The notes under the pieces are model-generated. The model ran no database searches and was not told the DNA's origin. It saw nothing but the letters and a program-made list of their open reading frames with translations. Shown here one piece after another: positions 8,706-18,600 of a stretch of DNA of 35,841 nt. A program made the translations under genes and the position numbers. Positions within the stretch are counted from its first letter, which is position 1, and every line of letters starts with the position of its first letter. Source of the DNA: Thermoplasmata archaeon (GTDB taxonomy: Archaea > Thermoplasmatota > Thermoplasmata > GCA-020350865); the NCBI GenBank assembly GCA_020348445.1, contig CP070751.1:1039309-1075149 (forward strand), read 5' to 3'.

Positions 8706-10574
8706 TTGATGAACAAAAGGATAGCCACAATTTGGCTGAGTTTGGCGATGTTATTGGGGCTCATTGTAATAATAATTGAGATTCCTATTATTGTAGAAGG
8801 TCCTGAGATAATCTATGTCGATGACGAGCCTGGGGAAGGTCCTCGCAATCCAAAGGAGAACTACACTACCATCCAGGAGGCCATCAATAACGCAAATCCT
8901 GGTGATACTGTTTTTGTTTACAGTGGAACTTATTATGAGAATGTAATTGTCAATAAAAGAGTAAATCTCATGGGAGAAAACCGTGATAACACCACCATCG
9001 ATGGTATGGGTAATGATGATGTGGTCTACATAAACGTTGACAAGGTGAATGTCACAGGATTTACCATCAGAAACAGTAGCAATAATATTAACAAGGCCGC
9101 AGTTAAACTTTACAGCACCCATTACAGTATCATCGCCAACAACAATATTTCATCTTACCATTACCACGGAATCTGCGACACCATGAATTCAAACCGTAAC
9201 ATCATAAAAAACAATAATATCTTTTCAAATCCCCAGCGAGGAATCATCCTTGATACCTCTTTCAATGATATAATTGAAAATAATATCACATTTAACGGTG
9301 GAAGGGGTGTAAGTCTCAATGGCCCATCAAATAAATTATTATATAACAATATCTCAAGAAACGGCTGGGACGGGGTCTGCATCGGAGGTACCTCAGGTAA
9401 TCTGGTAAAAGGCAACACAATCTTCTCAAACCCCCTATATGGCATCCGGTTTTCAGGATTGGGGGATAATAATGACATAATAGATAACACAATATTCTTA
9501 AATGGTGATGGCGTCATGCTGTGGTCATCGTCAAACAACGACATCCTGAGCAACAATATATACTCAAATACCGGATCAGGCATTTACCTTGGCTCATACT
9601 CGGAATTAAATACAATTGCGGGTAACAATATTTCAAATAACGTCAATGGAGTCATGATAGAGCATCCATTTGGAAATGACAACACTATCACAGACAACAA
9701 AATTTGGGAAAATAATATAGGAATAAAGCTGTGGGGAAGCACATTCAACGAATTCATAAACAACAATATCTGGGCCAACAAATATGGAATATACATAGGA
9801 GAATATGCTAATAACCTCACATTACACCATAATTACATTATAAACAACGTCAACCAGGTATATCTGGACAAAGCCACATGTTCTGATATTGTTTGGGATG
9901 ACGGAGGCGGTGAAGGCAACTATTGGAGTGACTATTTTGGATTGGATGACGGCAGCGGCGGTAGAACTGCAGGAGATGGAGTGGGTGATACCGAGATTCC
10001 CCACCCTATTATAGATTATGGAAACGGATATTACCAGCTGGATAATTTTCCCCTCATAAAAAATCTTATGTTATTGTATCATGGATGGAATTTGATTTCC
10101 ATCCCCCTTATCCAGGAGGAACAGGAACTTACAACTGTCCTTGCCCCAATTGAGGGTCTCTATGATATTGTCCAGTGGTTCAATGCCACAGATGCAAAGG
10201 ATCCCTGGAAACATCATAAAGTGGGCAAACCTCAAGGAAATGATCTATTTGAGCTGAACGAGACCATGGGTTTTTGGATCTATATCGCTCCCCCAGGGGG
10301 AACGATATTTTTCTACAACGGCACCAAACCAACTGATAACCAAACAATATCCATCCATCCAGGCTGGAACATGTTGGGCTATCCCTCTTTAGGCGATAAA
10401 AACAGAACTGAAGGACTGAACAATCTCAACTTCTCCAAGGATATCGACGCGATTCTATCATATGATGCACATGCACAAAAATGGGAAAAAATGGGCGAAA
10501 TGGATCACTTCCAAATTGGCCGCGGGTACTACATCCACTCCAAAGGAAAGAAAACCTGGGAAGTACCGTTATAA
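8706..10574 (+). CDS. Tandem paralog: secreted NosD-type beta-helix protein with the same C-terminal module
   Basis: Near-identical signal and cap to 6628; NNxIxxN coils; GNYWSDY...DGVGD cap; HGWNLISIP...HPGWNMLGYPS...GRGYYIH. Start TTG 8706 or ATG 8709. Confidence 0.9.
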   Translation: MMNKRIATIWLSLAMLLGLIVIIIEIPIIVEGPEIIYVDDEPGEGPRNPKENYTTIQEAINNANPGDTVFVYSGTYYENVIVNKRVNLMGENRDNTTIDGMGNDDVVYINVDKVNVTGFTIRNSSNNINKAAVKLYSTHYSIIANNNISSYHYHGICDTMNSNRNIIKNNNIFSNPQRGIILDTSFNDIIENNITFNGGRGVSLNGPSNKLLYNNISRNGWDGVCIGGTSGNLVKGNTIFSNPLYGIRFSGLGDNNDIIDNTIFLNGDGVMLWSSSNNDILSNNIYSNTGSGIYLGSYSELNTIAGNNISNNVNGVMIEHPFGNDNTITDNKIWENNIGIKLWGSTFNEFINNNIWANKYGIYIGEYANNLTLHHNYIINNVNQVYLDKATCSDIVWDDGGGEGNYWSDYFGLDDGSGGRTAGDGVGDTEIPHPIIDYGNGYYQLDNFPLIKNLMLLYHGWNLISIPLIQEEQELTTVLAPIEGLYDIVQWFNATDAKDPWKHHKVGKPQGNDLFELNETMGFWIYIAPPGGTIFFYNGTKPTDNQTISIHPGWNMLGYPSLGDKNRTEGLNNLNFSKDIDAILSYDAHAQKWEKMGEMDHFQIGRGYYIHSKGKKTWEVPL

Positions 10575-10698
10575 TCACTGGCTATGCCCCACATAGTGGA
10601 TTTTAGGCTCAAAATTTCCGAAAACATTATTTAGTATGTATATATTTGTACAGCGAGCGAACTAGAATATTTGCCAACTTAAATCGTGGAGAGGAGTC

Positions 10699-11568
10699 AT
10701 GACTGAGTTACTCGAGGATTTGGAAGAACAAAGAAGCAAACTCAACAAAAAAGCCGAACAGTACAGACGACGTCGAGACAGGCTCAACAATACTGCAAGA
10801 AGGTGGGCTGACAAAAGGGACGAATTGAACGCCAAGTCCAGGGACAATATCGATAAGGCCAATACCCACCGAAAAAAGCGGGACAAGTTAAACGAGGAGG
10901 TTAAAAAGGCCAAAGTGGAAAGGGAGAAGCTCAACAAACAGGTATCAGAGGCGCAGCAAAAACTAGGATCTCTTAAGAAAAAACACCTTCCAAAGGATGG
11001 AGTGACCCTCGAAAAATTGAGAAGGGAAGTGAGAAATCTAGAGTTCAAGCAGATGACATCGGTTTTATCTGTAGAAAAGGAGAGGGAACTTTTAGAGCTG
11101 CTCTCCGGCATACAAGAACAGATAAGAGAAAGAGAAAAACTGCTGGAGGGAAATGAGGAAATTCAGAATATCGTAAAAGAGAGAGACGATTCAAAACAAA
11201 AAGCCGAAGAGGCCCATAAAAAAGTGAGTGAATATGCCGATACTGCTCAGAAAGAGCATGATGCCATGTCAAAATTTTACGATGAAGGGGATGGCCTAAG
11301 AAGAGAGGCGGACCACGCACAACAGGAATTTATCAAGGCCAAGACATTTGCTGACGAGGCTCACAAAAATCATGTTGAGATGGTGAGACAGGTTCATGAT
11401 TTCGATAAGATCATCGCAGGTTTGAGGCAAAAGAAGGCCAAAGCAAAGAGAGAGATTGCCGAGACAACTGTGAAGAAAGAAGCAGAAGATATCTACGAAA
11501 GATTCAAAGCAGGAGAGAAGTTAAGCACAGAGGATTTAATGTTCCTGCAAAAAGCTGGTTATTTATAA
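10699..11568 (+). CDS. Conserved archaeal coiled-coil protein (COG1340-like, often mis-annotated phosphoserine phosphatase)
   Basis: All-helical and K/E/R-rich; LEFKQMTSVLSVEKERELLE; C-terminal IYERFKAGEKLSTEDLMFLQK. RBS GAGGAG. Confidence 0.85.
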   Translation: MTELLEDLEEQRSKLNKKAEQYRRRRDRLNNTARRWADKRDELNAKSRDNIDKANTHRKKRDKLNEEVKKAKVEREKLNKQVSEAQQKLGSLKKKHLPKDGVTLEKLRREVRNLEFKQMTSVLSVEKERELLELLSGIQEQIREREKLLEGNEEIQNIVKERDDSKQKAEEAHKKVSEYADTAQKEHDAMSKFYDEGDGLRREADHAQQEFIKAKTFADEAHKNHVEMVRQVHDFDKIIAGLRQKKAKAKREIAETTVKKEAEDIYERFKAGEKLSTEDLMFLQKAGYL

Positions 11569-11632
11569 TGTTTAGAGTTTTAATATTTAAAAATTTCGGC
11601 AAATATATAAGTATCAGGAATCTAATTTAAGT

Positions 11633-11715
11633 AGGGGATTTTGGGCTAGTTGTTAGAGTGCATCCCATCCCTTCTGACAAGGCTAGCCCCCCCTTCCTAT
11701 TTTATTTTCCTTTTG
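11633..11715 (+). ncRNA. Putative small RNA / strong hairpin followed by T-rich terminator
   Basis: GGGCTAG(11643-49)/CTAGCCC(11683-89) plus TTGTTAGA(11650-57)/TCTGACAA(11673-80). TATA-like AATATATAA about 25-30 nt upstream; long T-rich run from 11699. Confidence 0.45.
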
Positions 11716-11978
11716 TTTTACGGTTTTATACCCATTTTTAACGGCTTTTTCCTCGATTTAAAGATAGTAAAACGCTCGTAAAACTCTGGTTAAACCCAAC
11801 AAACCAAAAATCGATGAATACAAGGATTTTTTTTCCATAAAGTGATATATATTTATAATTTTTTATACAGAAGTGTAAAAAAAATATAGATATTCTCTGT
11901 TAATTATAATAATAAATTTTCAGATTTTTACGAAATATAAACGCAACTTTTAAAAACAAGTTCTTTCATATCATGTAC

Positions 11979-12041
11979 TGTCCCCACCTCCTTCCTTCCT
12001 CGCATCTTTGCGATGAAATACCACCTAAGGAGTTGGGGACA
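11979..12041. other. GC-rich branched hairpin in AT-rich intergenic DNA (possible sRNA, strand uncertain)
   Basis: TGTCCCCA/TGGGGACA, CTCCTT/AAGGAG, inner TCGCA/TGCGA. Confidence 0.4.
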
Positions 12042-12139
12042 CTTATTATCACCTAAATAATTGTATACTATATCCATACTGTGTTCTCTTATAATACTTC
12101 AAACCCATTAGCCTTAAATCCTATGAACTCATTTTACGC

Positions 12140-13342
12140 GTGATGCATCCTTCAAAAGAGCTTTGCTGCACAAAAAGCCGAAAACTTGCGAAAAAGAGGA
12201 TCGTTTTAGGAGTGACAGGCAGCATCGCCGCTGTGGAGACAGTCAAACTTTCACGGGAATTGATAAGACACGGTGCAGAAATAATCCCTGTATTGAGCCA
12301 GGCAGCCCAGAAGATCATACATCCAAATACCCTGGAATTTGCCACAGGAAATCCCCCAGTAACAGAAATCGACGGAAAGGTACAACATGTTGCTGAGTGC
12401 GGGGAGGTTTCAGATAAGGCTGATCTACTTTTAATAGCCCCTTGCACAGCCAACACAATATCTAAGATCGCCTATGGAATAGACGATACAACAGTTACAA
12501 CCTTTGCAACCACGGCAATCGGCTCAAAGATTCCTGTAATTATCGTCCCGGCCATGCACATCTCCATGTACAACCACCCCATCGTTTTGGAAAACATAGA
12601 AAAATTGAAAAGCATAGGTATCAACTTCATTGAACCAAAGCTCGAAGAGCACAAGGCCAAGATGCCGGATATAATGGAGATAGTCTCTTTTGTCATAAGG
12701 ACCATTGGTAAACGAGATTTAGAGGGGAAAAAAACCCTTGTAATTGCAGGGGCAACATCTGAGGAAATCGATGACATTCGATTCATCACAAATAAAAGCA
12801 CTGGAAGAACAGGCGTGGAACTTGCCCAGAGCGCGTACGAAAGAGGGGCAGAAGTGGAACTGTGGATGGGCAGATGTCAGGTTCAGCTGCCGAAATACAT
12901 ACCTGCTAAGCGTTTTGAATCCACACAAAAATTACTTAAAATGACAGATGAGATAGATCACGATATCGTCCTAATCCCTGCCGCTATATCTGATTATACT
13001 TTAGAGAAGAAATCGGGCAAGATCCCTTCAGAAAGGGATGAACTCACATTAAAATTGCATCCAAATCCCAAGATAATCCAAAAGATACGGAAAAAATCAG
13101 ATTGTATTCTGGTGGGTTTCAAGGCCGAATTCGACATCTCTGAAGACGAGCTGATAAATAGGGCATCCAGTAGGATGAAAGAAACAAAACTGGATCTCGT
13201 GGTGGCAAACGATGTCTCAAAGACAACATTAGAAGAGAACCAGGTTTATATCATAGGCAAGGACCAAAAAAACGATTCTGTATATGCAAAAAAAAGCGAG
13301 ATTGCCGAAAGAATTTTAGACAGGGTTGTGGACCTTTGCTAA
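12140..13342 (+). CDS. coaBC: Bifunctional phosphopantothenoylcysteine decarboxylase/synthetase
   Basis: IVLGVTGSIAAVE, LLIAPCTANTISKIAYGIDD, PAMHISMY, EEIDDIRFITNKSTGRTG, AAISDY, LVGFKAE, LVVANDV. Start probably ATG 12143. Confidence 0.95.
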   Translation: MMHPSKELCCTKSRKLAKKRIVLGVTGSIAAVETVKLSRELIRHGAEIIPVLSQAAQKIIHPNTLEFATGNPPVTEIDGKVQHVAECGEVSDKADLLLIAPCTANTISKIAYGIDDTTVTTFATTAIGSKIPVIIVPAMHISMYNHPIVLENIEKLKSIGINFIEPKLEEHKAKMPDIMEIVSFVIRTIGKRDLEGKKTLVIAGATSEEIDDIRFITNKSTGRTGVELAQSAYERGAEVELWMGRCQVQLPKYIPAKRFESTQKLLKMTDEIDHDIVLIPAAISDYTLEKKSGKIPSERDELTLKLHPNPKIIQKIRKKSDCILVGFKAEFDISEDELINRASSRMKETKLDLVVANDVSKTTLEENQVYIIGKDQKNDSVYAKKSEIAERILDRVVDLC

Positions 13343-14217
13343 AAGCATCAGCCTTTGCTCCGGCTCATGTAACAGGATTTTTTGAGATTCATGATGAGGC
13401 AGAGGACCTTAGAAAACGAGGCTCAAGAGGAGTGGGTATTTGTTTGACACGAGGGATTCATACCAATGTGGAGGTCTCAGAATCAGAGAAGCAGGATATC
13501 GAGGTTTTCATAAACAACAAAAAGATGATGTCTCCTGTAACAGAATTCGTGGTGCAGAGATTAATGAGTGATGATTGCTATAAAATAAAAGTTAAAAGTG
13601 AATTGGATCTACCCTTGGGCCAGGGCTTTGGGATGAGCGGTGCAAATGCGTTGAGCACATCCTTTGCCTTGGCAAAGGCCCTGAATCTTGAACTTTCAAA
13701 AGATGACATAGTTTGTGTGGCACACCAGGCAGAAATCGCGTGCAGAACGGGTTTAGGGGATGTTACGCCTCAATCAATTGGTGGGATGGTGATAAGAAAA
13801 AAAGAAGGATGTCCGCCCTTTGGAGTTGTGGAGAAAATAGAGTGCGAGGATGTGGAAATCGTGCTCTGTGTCGTTGGAAAAGAGCTTTCAACTAGGGATA
13901 TTATCACTGACCCTGAGCATCGAAGAAACATCAATAAATATGGCGAAGAAAGTCTGAAGCAGTTGGTTAAAATGCCCAAATTGTGGGAAGCCATATGGCT
14001 TTCTTTGGCATTTTCCAAGGGAACAGGCCTTATGTCACAAGATATGGAGAAAGCTGTTATGGCGGCAAGAAACTTCGGCCTTGTAAGCATGGCAATGCTC
14101 GGGAATTCAGTTTTCGCCATCGGTGATACTAAAAACCTGGTAAATGCCTTGCAAGATTTTGGAGAGGTGTACACCTGCCGTATAGACAGAAATGGGGCAA
14201 GAATAGTTGCGGATTGA
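13336..14217 (+). CDS. pok: Archaeal pantoate kinase (GHMP kinase family)
   Basis: AFAPAHVTGFF, GSRGVGI, LPLGQGFGMSGA, AHQAEI...TGLGDV, AMLGNSVFA. TTG start overlaps the coaBC stop. Confidence 0.9.
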   Translation: MLKASAFAPAHVTGFFEIHDEAEDLRKRGSRGVGICLTRGIHTNVEVSESEKQDIEVFINNKKMMSPVTEFVVQRLMSDDCYKIKVKSELDLPLGQGFGMSGANALSTSFALAKALNLELSKDDIVCVAHQAEIACRTGLGDVTPQSIGGMVIRKKEGCPPFGVVEKIECEDVEIVLCVVGKELSTRDIITDPEHRRNINKYGEESLKQLVKMPKLWEAIWLSLAFSKGTGLMSQDMEKAVMAARNFGLVSMAMLGNSVFAIGDTKNLVNALQDFGEVYTCRIDRNGARIVAD

Positions 14218-14221
14218 TAAT

Positions 14222-14896
14222 ATGACGAAGATCAAACCATGGAAATTTACAGGGCTCTATACAGACTCAGAAAATCTACTTACAAAGAATCTTGTGCCAT
14301 CATATCAGGTGTATGGTGAGGAACTGGCTCAGTGGGAGGGAGAGGAATACAGGATATGGATTCCCAAAAGAAGTAAAGCTTCTGCCATGCTAAAAAAAGG
14401 CTGTAAGTTCTTCCCAGTAAATCAGGATTCTCGAATTCTGTATCTTGGGGCCGCAAACGGAACCACTGCAAGCCATCTTTCAGATATCGCATACTCTGGT
14501 ATTCTGTACTGTGTCGAGTTTTCCAAAAGAGCTTTTTACGATCTAACAGCCGTATGTGAGATAAGAAAGAACATGGTTCCGATTTTCGCTGATGCCAACA
14601 AGCCAAACATGTACAAGGGTATAGTAGGAAAGGTGGACCTTGTTTATCAGGATGTGTCTCAAAGGGATCAAATTGGTATATTTCTTAAGAATATCGAAAC
14701 TTTTCTTGCGCCTAAGGGATTTGGAATACTGATGATAAAGGCAAGATCAATTGATGTGACAGCCAAACCAAAGGACATATTCAAGGATACGGCAAGGCAA
14801 TTGAAGGAACATGAACTGAAGGTCTTAGAAAGCATCATTTTAAAACCCTACGAAAAGGATCATGCCGCTTTTGTGGTAAAAAAGATAACACAGTGA
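14222..14896 (+). CDS. flpA: Fibrillarin-like rRNA/tRNA 2'-O-methyltransferase
   Basis: VYGEEL...EYRIWIPKRSK, LYLGAANGTTASHLSDI, VEFS, YQDVSQRDQ, IKARSIDVT, PYEKDHA. Start placed at ATG 14222 (ORF track extends to TTG 14207). Confidence 0.93.
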   Translation: MTKIKPWKFTGLYTDSENLLTKNLVPSYQVYGEELAQWEGEEYRIWIPKRSKASAMLKKGCKFFPVNQDSRILYLGAANGTTASHLSDIAYSGILYCVEFSKRAFYDLTAVCEIRKNMVPIFADANKPNMYKGIVGKVDLVYQDVSQRDQIGIFLKNIETFLAPKGFGILMIKARSIDVTAKPKDIFKDTARQLKEHELKVLESIILKPYEKDHAAFVVKKITQ

Positions 14897-15576
14897 AAAA
14901 TGTTAATATACTAAATGTTATTCCATCATCCATGAACTTGGGTTTACGGGCGGGTATGAAAGCAAGATCGTCGTTTTTACCTGTTCTTTTTTTGGTGATT
15001 CTTCTATTTGTTGTCCTAATTCCCCAGAATGTACAGGCAGAAAACACAGATCCTACCCTGACCAATGGTACCGTAACCCCGAGAAAGAGCTATCCCAACA
15101 TCGACTATACCTTCACTGTCACATACACTGATTCTAATAACGATATACCATCCAGTGTCAAGGTTATAATCGATGATGAAGAATACGAGATGGGTGAAAT
15201 CGATTCTTCAGATGACAATTACACTGACGGCAAAGAATATTCTTTTAAGAAGGTGATGGGGGAGGGGTCCTACACGATCTATTACAGTGCTAACGATGGT
15301 AACGGCAGTGTTGTCAATTCTGATCCGTTCACGTTGAGTGTTACATGGGATGTGGGACATTACGACATCATACATTTTTTGGAGGAGGATGTATTCCCGG
15401 GACTTCTTTTACTGCTTGCGATTATTTTTATTTTGATGCTTATTTTCTGCATAATCTCGATTTACATGGTAATGCAGCTGAGGAAGATTGCGAAGGGATT
15501 GGAGGGGAAGGTGGATAAGGAGGAAGAGCGGGAGGAGAGAGATTCTGGAGGGGAAGGGGAGGAAAAAGACAAATAA
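14893..15576 (+). CDS. Single-pass membrane protein: signal peptide, one Ig-like beta domain, C-terminal TM, charged tail
   Basis: VLFLVILLFVVLIP...AE signal; PTLTNGTVTP...YTFTVTYTDSNND; TM LLLLLAIIFILMLIFCIISIYMV. GTGA overlap with flpA; the true start may be a downstream ATG. Confidence 0.75.
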   Translation: MKNVNILNVIPSSMNLGLRAGMKARSSFLPVLFLVILLFVVLIPQNVQAENTDPTLTNGTVTPRKSYPNIDYTFTVTYTDSNNDIPSSVKVIIDDEEYEMGEIDSSDDNYTDGKEYSFKKVMGEGSYTIYYSANDGNGSVVNSDPFTLSVTWDVGHYDIIHFLEEDVFPGLLLLLAIIFILMLIFCIISIYMVMQLRKIAKGLEGKVDKEEEREERDSGGEGEEKDK

Positions 15577-15683
15577 ATATTGATGTAGAATCAATAACCA
15601 AGGATGTATTTTTGCTATAGAAGGCTTATATAATTGAACTTTCATAATTCCCTATTTGAAGTTGAAAAAAAGGCGGGGGTTTT

Positions 15684-18600
15684 ATGACGGAGGGCAATAT
15701 AGCCGTGGGTCACCAGGAAATGAAAATTAGAAACAAACAAATAATGAACAATTTTTCTTTGGAGAGCAAACAGTGTCATATCTATAAAAATAGAATAGAT
15801 ATGGATGAGGATTTACACAAAAAGGACAGTGTCTTGAAATGTAAACCTAAGTTCTTTTCCCAAAAAAATATCAAAAGAACAATTTGGGCAATTTCTTCGG
15901 TGATTCTAATGTTTTCTCCCCTATTATTTCCTTTATTAGGTCCAAACCATTACATCAGCCCATCAAATGAGGACATGAACACCGAAAAACCTGATATAAC
16001 AGTCGTTCCGGATAATATGCTCATTTTTACTGCGGAGGAATCAATAAAAAACAGGGAATCACCCCAAATCAGGGGAACAAGAGGGTATAAGGGAACCTCT
16101 CCCCCTGTTGGTGATTGGACTATAACCGGGGAAGCCACGGTATGGAACGAAACTATAACTCTCAACGGTGATTTGACTGTCACAGAGACAGGGAATTTGA
16201 CTTTGATTAACGTCACCTTAAAACTAAACTGCAGCTATAATGGACAGTATCACATCGAGGTCCTTGGAGGTGGCGGGCTTTACATATATGATTATGATTG
16301 GAATCGATTTACCGAGGATGATGCATCGAACATTACTGTTAAGGATACTTCTTATAAATTCCTCTTCTTGGTAAGAGAAGGATCCTTATTTGAGATGAGA
16401 AACAGTGAATTGAGTTATTGTGGATATGAGTGGGGGAATAATTATGACCATTCTGGATTGTGGATTAATACCGATTATACCATCATCGAGGGGAACTTAA
16501 TTTCTAATTCATGGAATGGGTTAGTTTTCTACGGGAGTGACAGCAATATAATTGATAACAATACCATATTCCATAACTCGGTATATGGGATATTATTTAG
16601 GTCATCCCACTATAATGATATCACCAACTGTAAGATTTATTCCAATATATACAACGGGATTTATCTTTATTCCCCTTCCAATAAGAATAATATAACAAAT
16701 ACTGATATATATGACAATTTGTACCATGGTATTGCATTGAGGGGAGCTTCATCTAATAATCTGTCTAACAATCACATCTATAACAATTCCAAAAGGGGTA
16801 TAATTCTAATCTCTTCCTCGAATAACATCATCCACAATAATAAAGTTTATAATAATTTAGATCATGGTATTTACTTAGATTCCTCCTCAAATAATGTGAT
16901 AAGTGATAGTTACCTTGCATATAATAGAATTGAGAATATACATGTTACCACATCATCTCACAACAATCTTATTGTCAATTCCATCTTAAATTGCCTTCAG
17001 GATTATGATATTGGTATTTCATCAGACTCCCATCTTATTTCCCTCAATACAACATTCAATAAAACAAAAGCTCGTGTTTTATACTCAGGGTCTACTCTCA
17101 AAGTGCAATGGTATGTAGAAATTAAGGTAATAAATCATGAAGGCATACCAATAAAGAATGTCACCGTCTATGTAAGAGACAACATCAATGGAAATTTCAA
17201 TAAGAATTTTACTACAGATGTTGATGGTGTTGTAAAAAGGATTGTCCTGACCGAGTACGTTCAAGAAAAATCTAAGATTACATACTTCACTCCACATAAT
17301 ATTTCTGCGGTATTTTATAGGCATTTTAAGGAGTATATCGCATACTCAGTCCCAGAACCTTGGATTGGTAGTAGTAAAACCATTACATTTAGGTTTAAAA
17401 TCTCTGGGAATAATACCTGGCCATATCAAATTTTATACCCAGGATGGAACCTAATCTCACTTCCTTATATTCAATCAAATTCCTCAATAATAAAGGTTCT
17501 TAAGCCATTGCAAGGATATTATGATGCTGTTCAATTGTTCAATTCATCCGATACTTTAGACCAATGGAAACATTACCATATTTCAAAGCCATCCCATTTA
17601 AATGATTTAGAACATCTGAACCATAAGTTGGGATTTTGGATTCATATAACACACCCTAATGAAATACATTTTCATTTAAATGGTACCATTCCTTCAACAG
17701 ATCAAATGATAGAACTTAATCCGGGTTGGAATATAGTTGGCTATCCGTCAATTGTGAATAGAGTTAGAGATGATGCCCTAAATAATTTAGAACTTGGGGA
17801 AGATATCAAAATAATCTACTATTTTGATGCAAAAACAAAATCCTGGGAATCCCTAGAGGCTGATGAGTTCATGAAGGGAGGTTTAGGATATTATATCTAC
17901 TCAAACAACAAGCGAATATGGATTGTTAATAGCACTATTCCCCCAGTATATAATATAGATAAAGATCTTTTTTATAATACAATTCAAGAAGGGATTGATG
18001 ATGCAGATGAATTGGATATTTTAGAAATAGCTGGTGGTATATTCCATGAGAATGTAAAAATAAACAAGTCAGTAATCTTAATCGGGGAAGACGCGAATCG
18101 TACAATTGTGATTGGAGGATTCAATGTTACTTCAAATAAGGTTTACCTTTTGGATATCGGTATTCACAACTCCTCAAACGCCATTATCTCCAATAACGCG
18201 AATGAAATATGTTTATCTGAAATCGAAATCCACGATTGTACCTATGGCCTTTGGCTTAATAATTCTACTGATATCGTTGCTGATAATTTTATCGTTCAAG
18301 ATTCTACATATGGTATCTATACAGATTTTTGTAGTGGAATCACAATCTCGAATTTTAAAGTATCAAACGGTGCCTATGGAATCTATTTAAACGATTCTTC
18401 TACAACGCTATCGAATCTCAAGATTTCAAATTCTATTTATGGCGTCTATTTGGATTCATCTGAGGGTTCTTCAATTTTAAGCAGTATAATTCTTAATTGC
18501 ACCTATGGGACTTACATCAACAGTTCTTCTACAACAATGTCGGATCTCAATATTTCAAAATCTATTTATGGTATTAATTTGGTTTCATCTGATGAATCAT

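Noticed and set aside
6628-10574. Diversity-generating retroelement (TR/VR pair) behind the similar 3' ends
   Set aside because: Differences are spread over all four bases and are mostly synonymous, not adenine-specific. Both copies are inside genes, and there is no reverse transcriptase in the window.
11569-12139. Replication origin
   Set aside because: No ORB or mini-ORB consensus seen and no cdc6/orc1 nearby; AT-richness alone is insufficient.
15385-15500. PGF-CTERM signal in the 14893 protein (VFPGL-TM-RK)
   Set aside because: The motif is PGL, not PGF, and a ~30-aa tail follows; more likely an ordinary TM anchor.
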